Shown piece after piece: positions 12,357 to 25,760 of a stretch of 64,000 nt of DNA. Made by a program: the position numbers and the translations under genes. Numbering within the stretch: position 1 is the first letter of the stretch; each line of letters opens with the position of its first letter. The notes below the pieces were generated by a model that was given only the letters and a program-made list of their open reading frames with translations, made no database searches and had not been told where the DNA came from. Source of the DNA: Octopus sinensis (Eukaryota); assembly GCF_006345805.1 (NCBI RefSeq), contig NC_042999.1:131440001-131504000 (forward strand), written 5' to 3'.

Positions 12357-15119
12357 CACCGGTGTCAGATGACTGTTATCTGCCAATGATATAAACATGC
12401 TTTTAGACATCCTGCACCCATATGAGGTCCTTTCAAGATAAATAAATATTCTAACACAACATCCACATTAAGTTGGATATATAAATTGCCTTCAGCCATG
12501 TAACAACACACATGCTTTTTTCAGACTTTTCTTTGCCTTCTCTCTAAACTCTTTCCTCTTTCTGATGAAGAGCCATGTTTTTCATGTTTTTCCATCTTAA
12601 ACTTTCTCTGAGCATCAATCTAATATAGTCGCTGTGCAAGTTCTTTTGATTTTTGTTGTTTTTCCGGTTTTTATTTTTGATTTGCATGCACACACACACA
12701 CACACACAGAGAAAGAGAGGAAGCAGTAAGTTTGGATGTTACAGATAAAAACAGTGGCATGATGCTCATATAAGACACCTAATATATTAGACTGAAAAAG
12801 AAATAGAAATAACAAATGTTATTATTTTTTAAAACCAGGATATTTTAGTTGAAAACTAAGACGTTCAGAAAGAAGAAAACAAACTTGGTTGCAGTCAAAA
12901 CTTTCATTATCATGCCTTTTAAAAGGTCATCTAAAATTATTCCCAATTTAAGAGAAAAGCTTGTTTTATAAAAATAAATGTCTCTCTGCTCTAAGAAAAG
13001 AAGATATATTATATATTATCATAGTTAAATCATATATTTGGTAACAACTTCTAATGTAATTCAAAAAGTCAATATAACATCAATAGAGGTCTTGATATGT
13101 CTGACATGTTGAAATTAAAATATTTACAGTAAAATAATGAAACTAAATTTCATTTTATTGAATGGATCTAAAACTTTGCATCTGTTTGGTTTGGGATTAG
13201 GTCGATAAAAAATGCAAATTGTTTAGTGCTGCATGTGATTACAGAAATACTTGCAGTGCTTACATTATGGAAACATGCCAACAATCTTCCACAGAATGGA
13301 AAAATCAGCCATGTTGCATGTAATTTTCTAATATTAGCCAGAATATTACAACAAAATTTGTATAAAAGTAGTAAAAGCAAAAATTTAAGTGAGAATGCCT
13401 AAAATCATGGGTTAGTGTTATGAGGATAAGGAAGAAAATTTATATATAATGATTGTGTGAATTAAAGTAATAATAAAACTAAATTAACATTAAATGGAGA
13501 TATTAATAGAAATAATAGGGACTAATGAAAAAAACCTGTAAAGCAATTTGACAGAAGTCCTGAATTGCAAGAACAAATTGAAGGCAATTAGATAGTCTTC
13601 AATTTGTATCTACCATTAGTCTTTTGCAGTTATAAAAAAGTAAGAATATGGAAATGATTATGAAATTTTTGAATCTGACAAATAACATTCTTAAATTTTT
13701 CAAAAAATTTTAACACTAAGTGAAAATCAATACTTTTCTATGAGTTTTCATCCTAATAACAGTTAAGATTACTATTGTTTTTAGTCCCAAGTCAACAGAG
13801 GTCAAGCAATGGTGTTCCAGCAATTACCATGTTATAGCAGTTGATCATTTTCATTAGGGTAGACTCCTAGTATGAAGGTAGTTGATCAAATGCTTGGAAT
13901 CAATGGACTAACCCAATACCACAAATATGCGGGTATAACAACATTTGAGTCCACTCAGTAGGTTTCAGGTCAATGTTCGCACCAAAGAAATTTTATTTTT
14001 ATTCCTAGGGATGCTATACTGAAATTTAAGACTTAAGTTATGTTATCAATTTTATTTTTTAAATAGTAGGTAACTCGTTAAGATTTAACTGCCCCACTGT
14101 ACAAGAGTATCAATCTGTTCGGAAATTTTTTGCTGTTTTAATTAATAGTACTTGGATAGTTCTATATTCTAAATATCTGTATGAATAAAAATGTATAAAT
14201 ATTAAAGGCCCCAATGACACAGAATAAAGTGGAAAGTAAATTTATTTCATATTTTGATTTTAACAAGCAGAGAAACAACCTAAGAATTTTATTATTTTAA
14301 TAAACTGATGCAAAAAAAATCTCATGATTGTTGGTTTATGGTTGCAAGTGCTTAATAAAAACATATGGAAGATATTATATATTTCTACATGAGAAGTTAG
14401 TGATAGAATATCATCTACCTATCATATGGATAAGAGCAGAATGCACATGCTAAAACCTGTTTTAGCATAAGCATTTATATATGTGACTACAAGAATCCAC
14501 TTCAAGATGGGTGCAGCACATCAATAATTCCACAAATAGTTTGTATAAGCACCACAATAAAAGTACTGCTCACAGTTAAGGAAAACAGTTGGTATATCTC
14601 TGACTGTACTTCTTTACAGTGCAAATACCCATGTTAAATTTCCCTTTGTACTTCTAGCAGAATCAAGATTCCTTTCTCTGCTGATTTTCCAATGGATAAT
14701 AACATCTAGTTATGTTGTCTGTCTTTGTGTAATATCTGCATCTAATCTTTTGCATCATAAGTTTACTGTCATTTGATTTAATGAAGTGTACTTTCTCCAA
14801 CTCACATTCTCTCAAGGACACTCATCTATTGCTAAAACAATAACTTCCAATGTTACAAACTGGCAAGCTGAATGCTCCCTCCACTTAACATGTTCATCTT
14901 TCCTCCCCTCATCTTCTCTACTGCGTTTTACCTCCCATATTTTACACTAAACTACTTGCCCCTTCATTCAAAGAATTCCATTCTCATTCTTGCAGACTTC
15001 AACTCAGACGTGTTTGTACTGATATCAGTTACATCAACCTCCTTGGCCTAAGGGCCTGAAAGGTTAAGGGTGATCCTCCGCCTTCTCTTCTAACAAATTA
15101 AGAAAATGTTTACGACTTC

Positions 15120-15800
15120 TCAGAGAAATCTGCGCATTTGACTATTGCTATAACTTGACTTGTTAGTAATAAAATTTTTCATACATTAAGGAAGAGAATC
15201 ACATTGAAAGCAGTAACATAGACAATAAAACTGCTGACATGAAGAGGTTTTACAATATCTTCAGAGAAAATGGATATCCAAAATGTTTTATTTTTATAGA
15301 AAAACAACAAAAAATAATGAGTAAAAGAAAAAGAGGACCTTCTAGAAAACCTGCTAGTTTAGTAAGCCACACTTTAGTGAACATGTCAGTAATGCAATTA
15401 AATCTGTAACATGAAGAGAAGAACTAAACTAACATATCTCTCACTCAACACCTTCTAAAGAAACACTCTCATTCGTTCCAGATAGACACACTTTCCAACT
15501 GCTTTACAAATTATACAGCATACTCTGTGAAATAAACGAAATGTTACAAACTTTACATAGCCAGTACAGTGCATCTGGTACATATACATGTATATAAACT
15601 TGAAGAACATATTAATATGAAAATTTTGCCTGTTAAAAGGCTTTTACAATATAAAGAGGATACAGTTACTTTCAGCATTTTCAATTAAACAACAACACTT
15701 TCACATTAAAAGAAGCTTTTCTCTTCTCATTAAGCACTTAACAATTACAAAACAAGTGCCATAAGGAGTTTCTTGACAATCACAATTTAATTGACTGATA
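15120..15800 (+). mobile_element. Very degraded Penelope-like fragment
   Basis: Remnant IFRENGYPKCF (PLE L..NGYP..FI motif) at ~15255-15290; weak GIY-YIG-like trace downstream. Confidence 0.4.
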
Positions 15801-17294
15801 TGACATCACACTCTTTCCATTACTCTGCATATTACAATAATTTGGGTATTGTTTTAAAATTTTTAGTTCACAATTAGAGTCTGTGAAAGCTAAAATAATG
15901 AATAATTTCTCTTTATACTGCCGAGTTGTTTATCATAATTGTCTTTTACTTATATGACAATGTTTCAATTCATGCTATTCTATAAGTTTTACATGAGCAT
16001 TTAAGTGAACTACACTACTTAAAGTGTTTTTGGAGGGAGGGTTTCTTCTTTTTTTGGCAATATGAAGCCTAAAGGGGTGAAAAAGTTCACAAATATCTGT
16101 CATGTGCAAGGATATAAATTACAGATTAGGCCTTCACCAATATAATTTGTGTTCTAATATGCTTGTGGAAAATTAACTAGAAAAATATAATTAAATATAA
16201 AGAGATTGTAATTACAACTTCCAAATTGAATTTTAGCATACACCCAGCATTTTGTGAAGTAGTCACTGTGAGGAAGAGCATCCAGCCATATTAGCCAGGT
16301 TAAAATTTAAATGTACAAGCAAGACGTCATTCCTTGGGCCATCTAGAAAAACAATAATTCTGAAAAAGAAATAACTCAGATCGTGACAACCTGTCCAATC
16401 CATACCAGAATAGAGGAGTGGGAGGCAGTGGTGGATAATGGTGGTGACAGTGGTGGTGGTGGTGGTGGCCATTATCAACATCATGAAAGTTGAGATACAT
16501 TTATCAGCTACCAACATTCTATTTTGGTTTTCTTTGGGGGAAAAAGTCAGGTATAGGGAAAAAGTCAGGTATGTTAAACAGAAATAAGAAATAATGACCA
16601 AGCACTAATGTAGTAGCATACTTGTAGGCATTATTCTATTTTTTATGGTTCATCAATTTATATAAATAGAAAAAAAAATAAGTGAAATTTTTTAACAGAA
16701 GAATCAAGATTTTATCTAGTTTTGTGCATGTTGTAATTTTAGTTTTGATCACGTGACTGATTGTCTTGATTGCTGTTATTTGCCTGCAGTGCAACTGCGC
16801 AGAGTTCTGTTCTGTTTACAAGCACAACATGTTCAGTGTTAGTCTTTAGTTTTGTTTACTATTTAACAATCTTTGTTAGTATTGTAGATTACTGTATTTT
16901 TAGTTGATTAAAACCTTTTAAACTTAGATATTCCAGTTTGGGTTTATAACAGAGTACATAAAGGATAAACTGCAATAACCAGCCAGTCTCAATAATTTTC
17001 ATTATTCCAAAATGGGTTTAAGTTAAATTCTATTTATGGCAAGCATGAGCTTCTCTGTCAATATAACAATATTGATTTTTATTTAAATTCAATTATTAAA
17101 ACTTCAAAGAGAGTGTCAGTGTGGTTGAAGACAACAGACATGAATCTTCCAGAAATAAAGTAAATATTTTATCTTTGTATGAAAATTAATAAAATTTATT
17201 TCAATGTATATCACCTACCTGAATGTCTCAAACCTAAACAATATACATTTGGGTATCATGCTAAGTTCATTTGTTTAATATTACTCAAACTTTA

Positions 17295-17480
17295 GCACAC
17301 CAGGCAAAGCACTTAGCAGCATTCTGTCCGTCTTTACAGTGTGAGTTCAAATTCTGCTGAGGTTGACTTTGCCTTTCATCTTTTCAAGGTTGATAAAATA
17401 AGTATCAGTTCAGCACTGGGTCAATGTAATTGACTTACCCTTCCCCCAAAACTGCTGGTCTTGTCAAAACATGAATTCAA
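17295..17480 (+). mobile_element. tRNA-derived SINE (Meta/Nin-like)
   Basis: gagttcaaattctgctgaggttgactttgcctttcatc…aaataagtatcag. Confidence 0.75.
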
Positions 17481-17580
17481 TATTACTCAAACTTAAGGCA
17501 TATGATCGATAAGTATCAGACATTCATATCATCTGGATCTGAACACTCCCCAGTTTCATTTACATACAGAATGGAATATT

Positions 17581-17794
17581 CTTTTCTACTCTAGGCACGA
17601 GGCACGAAATTTTGGGGGAGGGGGCCAGTCGATTAGATCGACCCCATTACGCAACTGGTACTTAATTTATCGACCTCAAAAGGGGGAATGGCAAAGTCGA
17701 CCCCAGTGGAATTTGAACTCAGAATGTGAAGAATGATGAAATACTGCTAAGCATTTCACCCGGCATGCTAACGTTTCTCCCAGCTTGCCACCTT
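17581..17794 (-). mobile_element. tRNA-derived SINE with 17-bp TSD
   Basis: Perfect direct repeat atacagaatggaatatt at 17564-17580 and 17795-17811. Confidence 0.9.
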
Positions 17795-18389
17795 ATACAG
17801 AATGGAATATTATTAACATAGTTTCTTACTTACACTCACCCTGAGCACATATTCAGAAAACCATACACAACTCACTCCTTTCCAAAACTGCCTTCAAAGC
17901 CATGCATCACTTAACTTTTTTTTTTTTTTAGTTTTAAGTCTTCCTACACTGCTCAGTACATTGGGTGGCTAGCTTTCTCCACTGGGTTCAGCCAGCTGCC
18001 ACTCTTACCTATCCATTCCATATAATGTTGACTATCTTCAGATCATTTTGTAATGTCCACCCTGCCCCTTTTACATCTGCAATCAGGTGGGTCCCAAGTC
18101 ATGGCCATTTTCAAGTGCCTTTGATTGACCAGACAGAATTGGTGCTCCACTACAATCTCTTGCAGTGGTCATGATCTCACACTTCTTAGAACTTACCAAC
18201 TGACCAGGATCTTTGAGGCACCTTTGATGGATTACATTTAGATTTATATCAGTCCTTGTTATGCTCCTCCAAGTCTCTTGGGGAGGGGGGGATCATGACT
18301 TTCTTAATGACATCACATTGATGGCAAAAGGTGATGTGGATCTGCAGGAGTTTACAGCATTGCTGCAGCAGGTGTGGGGAATATAAGGC

Positions 18390-18570
18390 TTAGGATCATC
18401 ACAAGATAGAAGTGAAACAGTTTACCTATTTGGGTAGTATTGTGAGTAGCAATGGCAATGTGGAACTAGACATAATCTACAGGATTGGAATGACAGCAAC
18501 AGTCTTTAAGCATATGCATTCCATCTAGACAGCATCAAACATCAGCACCATTGAAAAATTTCATCTATAT
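18390..18570 (+). mobile_element. RTE-clade LINE ORF fragment (post-RT region, different family)
   Basis: DHHKIEVKQFTYLGSIVSSNGNVELDIIYRIGMTATVFKHMHSI*TASNISTIEKFHLY. Confidence 0.7.
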
Positions 18571-18849
18571 GACTCCATCATCTAACATAAACAGCAATAA
18601 TTTTCCTTATGTATCATTTCACAGCAACAGCTCCGATAAACTCCTCTCATGCAATTTTAGGGTGAGAGAAAATATCAACAAAGAGCACTCAGGGAGCACA
18701 AACTGCTGCCAAGGCAACACCAATATCCTCTCAATGATTAGCCAGAGATAATTTTTAAAATGAGAATATCTGAAATAAACTCAACTACTTTCACAAAAGA
18801 TAATACTAAAAATGAACACGATTGCTCTAAAAAATTAAGAAACAAAAAA

Positions 18850-19048
18850 AGGAAAAATAATCCAGAATCCTTGTCCAGTACTGGATCAATCCCAAAATCT
18901 AATCAGTTCATGCCAGTCACAAGGCCAAGCATCCCTGAAAGTTTCATCTGAATCCATCCAGTGGTTCTTGAGATATCTTGTACATGGACAAACAAACAAA
19001 CAAACACAACTGAAAACAATACTCCACCTTCGCTAAGACAGAGGTAAT
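18850..19048 (+). mobile_element. DINE-1/Helentron-like non-autonomous element end
   Basis: Core …aaagtttcatctgaatccatccagtggttcttgagatatc, then (CAAA)n, then a terminal imperfect hairpin tactccaccttcgctaagacagaggta. Confidence 0.45.
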
Positions 19049-19207
19049 AAAATGCATTCAGAACAAACATGAACGTTCTTTTAAAACAAAATAATTTTTC
19101 AAATGACTCCAAACTAAATCTTCTTGATACCTATTTTCTCTCAAAAACATCAGAACTGTTTAATAAAATTTCATCAACATCCACTACTCACACAATACAC
19201 ACACTCA

Positions 19208-19265
<58 letters not shown>

Positions 19266-19915
19266 TACACACACACACAAATACACACACACACAAGATT
19301 TTAAAAATAAGTACTGGGATCAATTTATTTGAATAAACCTGTCAAGGTGGTGCCCCAGCATGGCCACATCCATAAATATGATAAAAGGACTCATTTGTTG
19401 ACATAAGTTCTTTGCTTTTATCAAGCTGTGCAGTGCACAGCTTGTTTTCCTGATACAATGAAATATCAATTGCTCAAAACCTAAAAACACATGCAACCAG
19501 GATGAACTAAATCAATTCTAGGAAACAAAATAATAAACTTCACAAATAAAATACAGTGGTAATGTGCTAGAAATGAAACCGATGTAAGCAAAATGCAGCA
19601 TAAGAGAGTCAGCTGAGTCATTTGTATAGAAATAAAACTACTTTTGGTTTCTAAAAGGGTAAATAGCCTGATTACATCTCAATACATCAACAATATCAGC
19701 TAAAATTCAAGATATTCGCAGTAAGAGTCTGTTGCATTTGAGAGACTAAATAGCAGATATGAAAAAAAGTGGTTAGTGTACATACATTGATCAGTTAAAT
19801 ATTCACTATTAGCCAGTCTTAGTGTTTCATATATATATATATATATATATACATATATACATATACATACATACATATATACATATACATACATACATAT
19901 ATACACATATATATA

Positions 19916-20285
19916 TTACTCTTTTACTTGTTTCAGTCATTTGACTGCGGCCATGCTGGAGCACCACCTTTAGTCGAGCAAATCGACCCCAGGACTTATT
20001 CTATCGGTCTCTTTTGCCGAACCGCTAAGTGACGGGCACATAAACACACCAGCATCGGTTGTCAAGCAATGCTAGGGGGACAAACACAGACACACAAACA
20101 CACACACACACACATATATATACATATATACGACAGGCTTCTTTCAGTTTCCATCTACCAAATCCACTCACAAGGCATTGGTCGGCCCGGGGCTATAGCA
20201 GAAGACACTTGCCCAAGATGCCAGGCAGTGGGACTGAACCCGGAACCATGTGGTTGGTTAGCAAGCTACTTACCACACAGCCAAT
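19916..20285 (-). mobile_element. Near full-length young SINE (tRNA head, CORE-like segment, central CA/TA microsatellite, 3' tail)
   Basis: The reverse complement reads gctgtgtggtaag.agcttgct.accaaccacatggttccgggttcagtccc (A/B boxes), then cttgggcaagtgtctt…; CpGs are retained. Confidence 0.9.
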
Positions 20286-20342
20286 ACGTATATTTATATA
20301 CACATACATACATGCATACATTTATATATACATACATATATA

Positions 20343-20375
<33 letters not shown>

Positions 20376-20429
20376 TTATATATATACATACATACATATA
20401 TATACATACATATATACATACATATATAT

Positions 20430-20518
<89 letters not shown>

Positions 20519-21981
20519 GCATACATATATATATATACATACACACAAACACATATATATTTATATACACATGCATATATATACATACATACACACATAC
20601 ACACACATATATTGTCATAATTATATGAAACATTTAGCATACTGTTGCTTCTGAAAGTTAAAAAAAATTGCCGAAGAGTATATATAGTAATCTCCAGAGT
20701 ATTCCTGACTTTAGAAGTAGCTGTTTCAAATGAATTTGACATTTATAAGAAACATTATGATTATCTGGAAAACTAGAATCTTATATATTATTAATAGAAG
20801 CTAAATAGAAGCAACCAAGGTTTGTCAGTGATACACAATTGTTATTCGATTTCGTTAGCTCAGTTCTCAATAAATCCTGCAGGGCTTACTGTGATATGAA
20901 GGAAAATGCAAAAATATTTTTAAAAATTAAAACATGAATTAAAAAGGCTAAGTAACCCACGATAAATGTAAAGACAGCTATGTTTACTCAGCAGGTGTAA
21001 ACTATTTTTGATAAAGCTATTGTTTTTGCTGCCCTTTAGAATATATTGCTGCCACTGAAGCTGGTACAGTTGATGCAGGTGGTGCTTCATTTACTTTTTA
21101 GTTCAACTATTCATAAACCAGGATTGAGTCACACCCTTAATATCTTTTCCATTTCAAGAAGAAGCATTTTCAAGATTAATAAAATAAATTTTTTTTTAAA
21201 TCAATACTTTTTTTTCTATCAATTATATTATAAACAAGTTTGCACATTCTTGCTTTTAAAAATCTAATCTAAAACTAAAAGCTTTATATTATTCTAAGAG
21301 GGATGGACATTTATCTAGTTCCACAAATCTGTCTAGGATAGGTGGAGTGGGATGTTTCTAGAATTAACAAATAGCCTGAATTGTAAGTGTTCCTAAAGAA
21401 TAAATATACTTTTTTTGAGGAAGTAGTGAGTAAATTGTTGAGTGTTAGCAAGAAGAGAAGCAAGTATATAAAATACAATTAAACATATGTACAGAATAAT
21501 TAAGTGCAGTATAGAGAAAGTAGGAGTAATATGGGATAAGTGTAGGTGATATGAAATAAGTAGGAGTAATGCAAAGTAGAAGCAATGTGGAGTAAGTAGG
21601 AGTAATAGACAGTATGGCAAATATAGTGTATGGCTGAAATGGAATAATTATGGTTGGCATCTAGTTTTCAATGTTCAACAGATTTACAACTAAAAGTTTT
21701 CTAGTCTTGGCCATCCCACTGTTGTGTATATCATTTATCTCTTATTTTTACTTGTTTCAGTCATTAGACTGTAGCCATGGTGGGGCACTACCTCGAAGAG
21801 CTTTTACTTGAACAAATCAACCCTGGGACATATTTCTTTTTTAAAGCTTAGTGCTTATTCTATCAGTCTCTTTCACTGAACTGCTAAGTTACAGGGACGT
21901 AAACACACCAACACTAAATTTTCAAGTTGTGGTGGGGACAAACATAGACACAAAGAAACACAGATATACATATATATATGA

Positions 21982-22027
<46 letters not shown>

Positions 22028-22032
22028 TATAA

Positions 22033-22316
22033 AACTTATAAATAAGGGCAAAAGAAAAAAAATCCCAATCCTAAATATGATGATAATAGACACTAAATTG
22101 TCAATAACCACATATAATTCATCACTATAAGCACGCGTCCCGAAGTGATGAATTATATGTGGTTATTAACGATTTAAAGTCTATTCTCGGCATATTTGGC
22201 ATTGGAATTTTTTTCTTTTGCCCTTATTTATAAGTTGTTTATAAATTTTCACCTTAAAAGGTATTTTTTAATATGCTGGTCACTGATAAAAAAATTTTGA
22301 AAATTTTATCCTATAT

Positions 22317-22319
<3 letters not shown>
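22033..22319. repeat. Imperfect palindrome (arms 22033-22126 and 22144-22236, plus a tail to 22319) between (TA)n tracts
   Basis: aacttataaataagggcaaaag…atcact / agtgat…cttttgcccttatttataagtt. Same family as the 3' part of the hammerhead element at 22795-23203. Confidence 0.85.
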
Positions 22320-22358
<39 letters not shown>

Positions 22359-22440
22359 ATCCAAACAAGAAAGCACAAAAAAACACAATAAAGGACGTGA
22401 AACAAATATAGTATTATTGGACGCTCAGGAAAGAAGGAGG

Positions 22441-22475
22441 GTTTAACGTTTCAAGCGGAGCTCTTCGTCGGAAAC
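22441..22475 (-). ncRNA. Minimal (Penelope-type) type-I hammerhead motif
   Basis: GTTT-CCGACGA-A-GAGCtccGCTT-GAAA-CG-T-T-AAAC. Palindromic ACGT stem III; U4C variant. Confidence 0.7.
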
Positions 22476-22619
22476 ATAGGAGAAGGAAAGATCCAAAGAA
22501 GGGAAGACAGAAGGAAAAAAATCGCCAACAGTACACACGAGGTCACATTCAAAATGTAACCACATGTGAATCATTGGCAATTTTCTTCCTCCGTCTTCCT
22601 TTCTCTTGGACTTCCCTCT

Positions 22620-22654
22620 GTTTCTGTAGAAGAGTGTTGCTCGAAACATTAAAC
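22620..22654 (+). ncRNA. Minimal hammerhead motif, decayed (A6 mutated)
   Basis: GTTT-CTGTAGA-A-GAGTgttGCTC-GAAA-CA-T-T-AAAC. Confidence 0.6.
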
Positions 22655-22754
22655 CATCTTTCTTTCCTTCCCTGAGTGTCTGCTAATACTTTACATGTAC
22701 CATGTCATCGCGTTGTTTTTTTTTTGTTTGTTGTTCTTCTTTTTGGGGATTTAC

Positions 22755-22793
<39 letters not shown>

Positions 22794-22794
22794 T

Positions 22795-23200
22795 CATAAA
22801 CAACTTATAAACAAGGGCAATAGAAAAATTATTTCAGTGCCAATATGCTGAGAACAGACTTTAAATCGTCAATTTCCACATTTATAATATACATTCACTA
22901 TAGATACACGTTGTGCTGAAATCGAGGAAAGCAAGCTAACAGAATTTTTTAAAAAGTTCATTATTTCTATATTGAATCAATTTCGGGATTAATCCTATGG
23001 ATTTTTCCCTCTTCAGTAGAAAATACAATGAGAAATAAATGAAATACTTACACGCACCCATGGAAAAAAGCAAAAGCAAGAGTCATGAGTACACATAAGT
23101 ACCCCAGTTATATCTAAATGTAAAATCCTTTAGCCAGCCTCAGCACACGTGTGAACTATTCTGAACCACAACTTATAGTGGTTACTTAGGGACTGGTAAC

Positions 23201-23203
<3 letters not shown>
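22795..23203 (-). mobile_element. ~410-bp non-coding element in (TA)n carrying a canonical hammerhead
   Basis: Bounded by (TA)n on both sides; 3' part homologous to 22144-22240. Confidence 0.75.
22964..23022 (-). ncRNA. Type-I hammerhead ribozyme with an intact consensus core
   Basis: TTTCTA-CTGAAGA-GGGAaaAATCCataGGATTaaTCCC-GAAA-TTGattCAA-T-A-TAGAAA. Stem I 6 bp, stem II 4+5 bp, stem III 4 bp. AUA triplet, with predicted cleavage 3' of 22970. Confidence 0.9.
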
Positions 23204-23263
<60 letters not shown>

Positions 23264-23317
23264 CATACATACATACATACATACATACATACATACATAC
23301 ATACATACATACATACA

Positions 23318-23353
<36 letters not shown>

Positions 23354-23361
23354 TATATATA

Positions 23362-23495
23362 CAGGGGGGTTGGGCAAAATAATGGAAACAATTAAAATTT
23401 CAAACAAATATATTTTAATATGGGGTACGATCGCTTTTGGCAGTAATTACAGCTTGAATTCTACTAGGTGTTTCCATTACTTTGTCCAACCCCTG
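23362..23495. mobile_element. Tc1/mariner-type MITE
   Basis: TA-CAGGGGGGTTGGGCAAAATAATGGAAACA … TGTTTCCATTACTTTGTCCAACCCCTG-TA. Confidence 0.9.
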
Positions 23496-23701
23496 TATAT
23501 ATATGAATATGACAGGCTTTTTTCAGTTTCCATCCATCAAATCACTGACAAGGATTTGGTCAGCCTGAGGCTGTAGTAGAAAACATTTGTCCAAGATGTC
23601 ATGCAGTGAAACTGAACCTAGAACCATGTGGTTGGCAAGCAAGCTTCTTACCACACATTCAGACCTACACCTACAACTGCATTGTTAAATATGCCTTTCC
23701 T

Positions 23702-23939
23702 TTAACCCTTTCACTGAGGAAAGTAGATATAATCATGCAGAATTTCACTACCCTTAACTGCAGAAAGCAGTTTTATATACCAATCTTATCTTTTGTTGAA
23801 GAATGTCATGTCCAACACTATTTTCTGTTGAGATATGTCAAGTTTATTGAGGTTTAGGTGACTTGCAGAAAATATCATTTCTATTTTTTGGTAAATACTG
23901 AAACAACCATGAAATTTAATTCTGCAGTGAAAGGGTTAA
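23702..23939. mobile_element. piggyBac-type MITE family C
   Basis: TTAA-CCCTTTCACTG … CAGTGAAAGGG-TTAA. Confidence 0.85.
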
Positions 23940-24524
23940 GACAACAGGGTGTTATCTTAGGTAGATTTGGCTACTATTTCTTGCTGGTTGACCAACTGCA
24001 TAGAGGCTCCTTCATTGATTCAAGTATGTAGTAAGGGTGGTGTGGAGTAAATACAAGAGATAAAAACATATGTGAAACAAAGTAAGCAAATTTATATGCG
24101 TAGTATAGGGTATGAGTCATTAAGAGTAAATATCAACAATAAGGTGGAAGTAGAAAGTGGTATAGGGAATATCAACTACATTAGTCTCAGAAGGTCTGCA
24201 AAGATGAGCACAGCCCTTCCTCCAGATCAAACCATTTAAAAGAACAAACAAAGAGCTGTTATGAGATTAGATCCGTGTTGCATGAATTAAGTGTAGGTGG
24301 TCTTGAGTAATTAGGAGTCAGGAGGAAGATTATAGAGTATTTGTTGTATCAATAAATCTAGTATCTTTTAAACAAAGTGAGTTCTTTTTACAATGAAAAT
24401 TTAAGAGTGCCATCAAACTACCACTTCAAGTATTCTGTATACATAGGATCTATTATATAAAAATCTTAAATTTTTTATGACTGCATAGAGAGTAAAATAC
24501 TAAAGCCAATTGATGGAATATTTA

Positions 24525-24752
24525 TTAATCTTTTACTATTTAAACCGGCCATATCTGGATCAGATATTCAACCTGTTTTATACCCAAAATGGCCAGATCT
24601 GGTTTCTCACACTTGCTCTACAATGTCATTCTAAAAATAAGTAAATACATCATTGATATCTTGAAGCTGCAAGATAATGCATGATTAATCCAAAGCAATG
24701 TGAATAAATAAGCATTACATTTGACAGAGAAATCTGAATACTAAAGGGTTAA
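24525..24752. mobile_element. piggyBac-type MITE family A
   Basis: TTAA at both ends; right end aatctgaatactaaaggg-TTAA. Confidence 0.8.
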
Positions 24753-25204
24753 AGTGAATTCCATTACAAACTGTCCAACTACTAGACAGAATGAAAATAT
24801 ATCAAGAATTTGAACCAACCGAGAAGCCTTTAGATCAAGGTTGAAAACATCTGTGGGTGAAATTTCACCCACGTTAAAATTTAATTTCTAAAAATCAGCC
24901 GAGAAAATCTCTAAAAATCCTCATGCAAAACAAAGTTGAGCCTCAAGAACAAACTGCAAACCTATGACTATGTAAAATTAAAGACTTGCTATTTTTGTCA
25001 GTACAGATAGATGTAGTCCACAGGTTCTTATGCACTTGCAATTTGCCCCAGGTACTGAAAAGGTTCTTCAGTCCTTGCTCTATGTGGTTACCCACCCTGC
25101 TGAAAAATAGCATGAATGGCAGCTGCAGCAGTGATGATAAGCATGCCATTACTGGACACAAATATCAGGACAATACTAACAAGTTGAAGTACTGGTTTGA
25201 ACCA

Positions 25205-25378
25205 ACATCATTATCATTACAATATCCATTTTTCCATGCATGCATGGGTTGGATGGAGTATACTGAGGCAGTTTCTACAACCAATTGTCCTTCCTGTCAC
25301 AAAACCTCGTCTGTTTCCAAGCAAGGTAATATTCCTCATGACCATCCAATCCATGCTAGCATAGAAAATAGACATTAA

Positions 25379-25414
<36 letters not shown>

Positions 25415-25563
25415 GTGATGGTGATGATGATGGTGATGGTGATCAGACATGTTCTTACAGAATATTGGGAATGAATGACATTGCTGACAGAATCTGTTTA
25501 AAATCATTTACAACTATCATGCAAAATGAAAATAAAGGAGATATACACATGCACTCACTCACT

Positions 25564-25597
<34 letters not shown>

Positions 25598-25760
25598 ACA
25601 CACACACACAGAGCACACACAGATTATATGACAAGCTTCTTTTAGTTTCTGTCTACTAAATCCACTCACAAAGCTTTAGTCAGTCCAGAGCTATAGTAGA
25701 AGACACTTGCTCAAGAACCATATGATTAGGAAGTAAACTTCTTACCACACAGCCATGTTT
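25205..25760 (-). mobile_element. SINE with tRNA/CORE-like head and RTE-derived 3' tail
   Basis: Head at ~25620-25760, microsatellite, then RTE-like tail (ttttccatgcatgcatgggttggatgg). Interrupted by a plus-strand RTE end with (GAT)n at ~25345-25443. Confidence 0.65.

Larger units (their letters stand above)
22353..22756. mobile_element. Head-to-head palindromic mini-element with a hammerhead in each arm, in (TA)n
   Basis: Diverged ~200-bp arms centred at ~22551; (TA)n on both sides. Confidence 0.8.
21740..23665 (-). mobile_element. SINE split by ~1.5 kb of nested insertions in its central microsatellite
   Basis: The 3' half at ~21740-21965 and the 5' half at ~23505-23665 are collinear with the copy at 19916-20285. 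Confidence 0.8.

Noticed and set aside
12560-12600. tttctgatgaagagccatg, resembling the 22441 hammerhead family
   Set aside because: The 3' half of stem II and the GAAA are missing; at most a dead remnant, so it was not counted.
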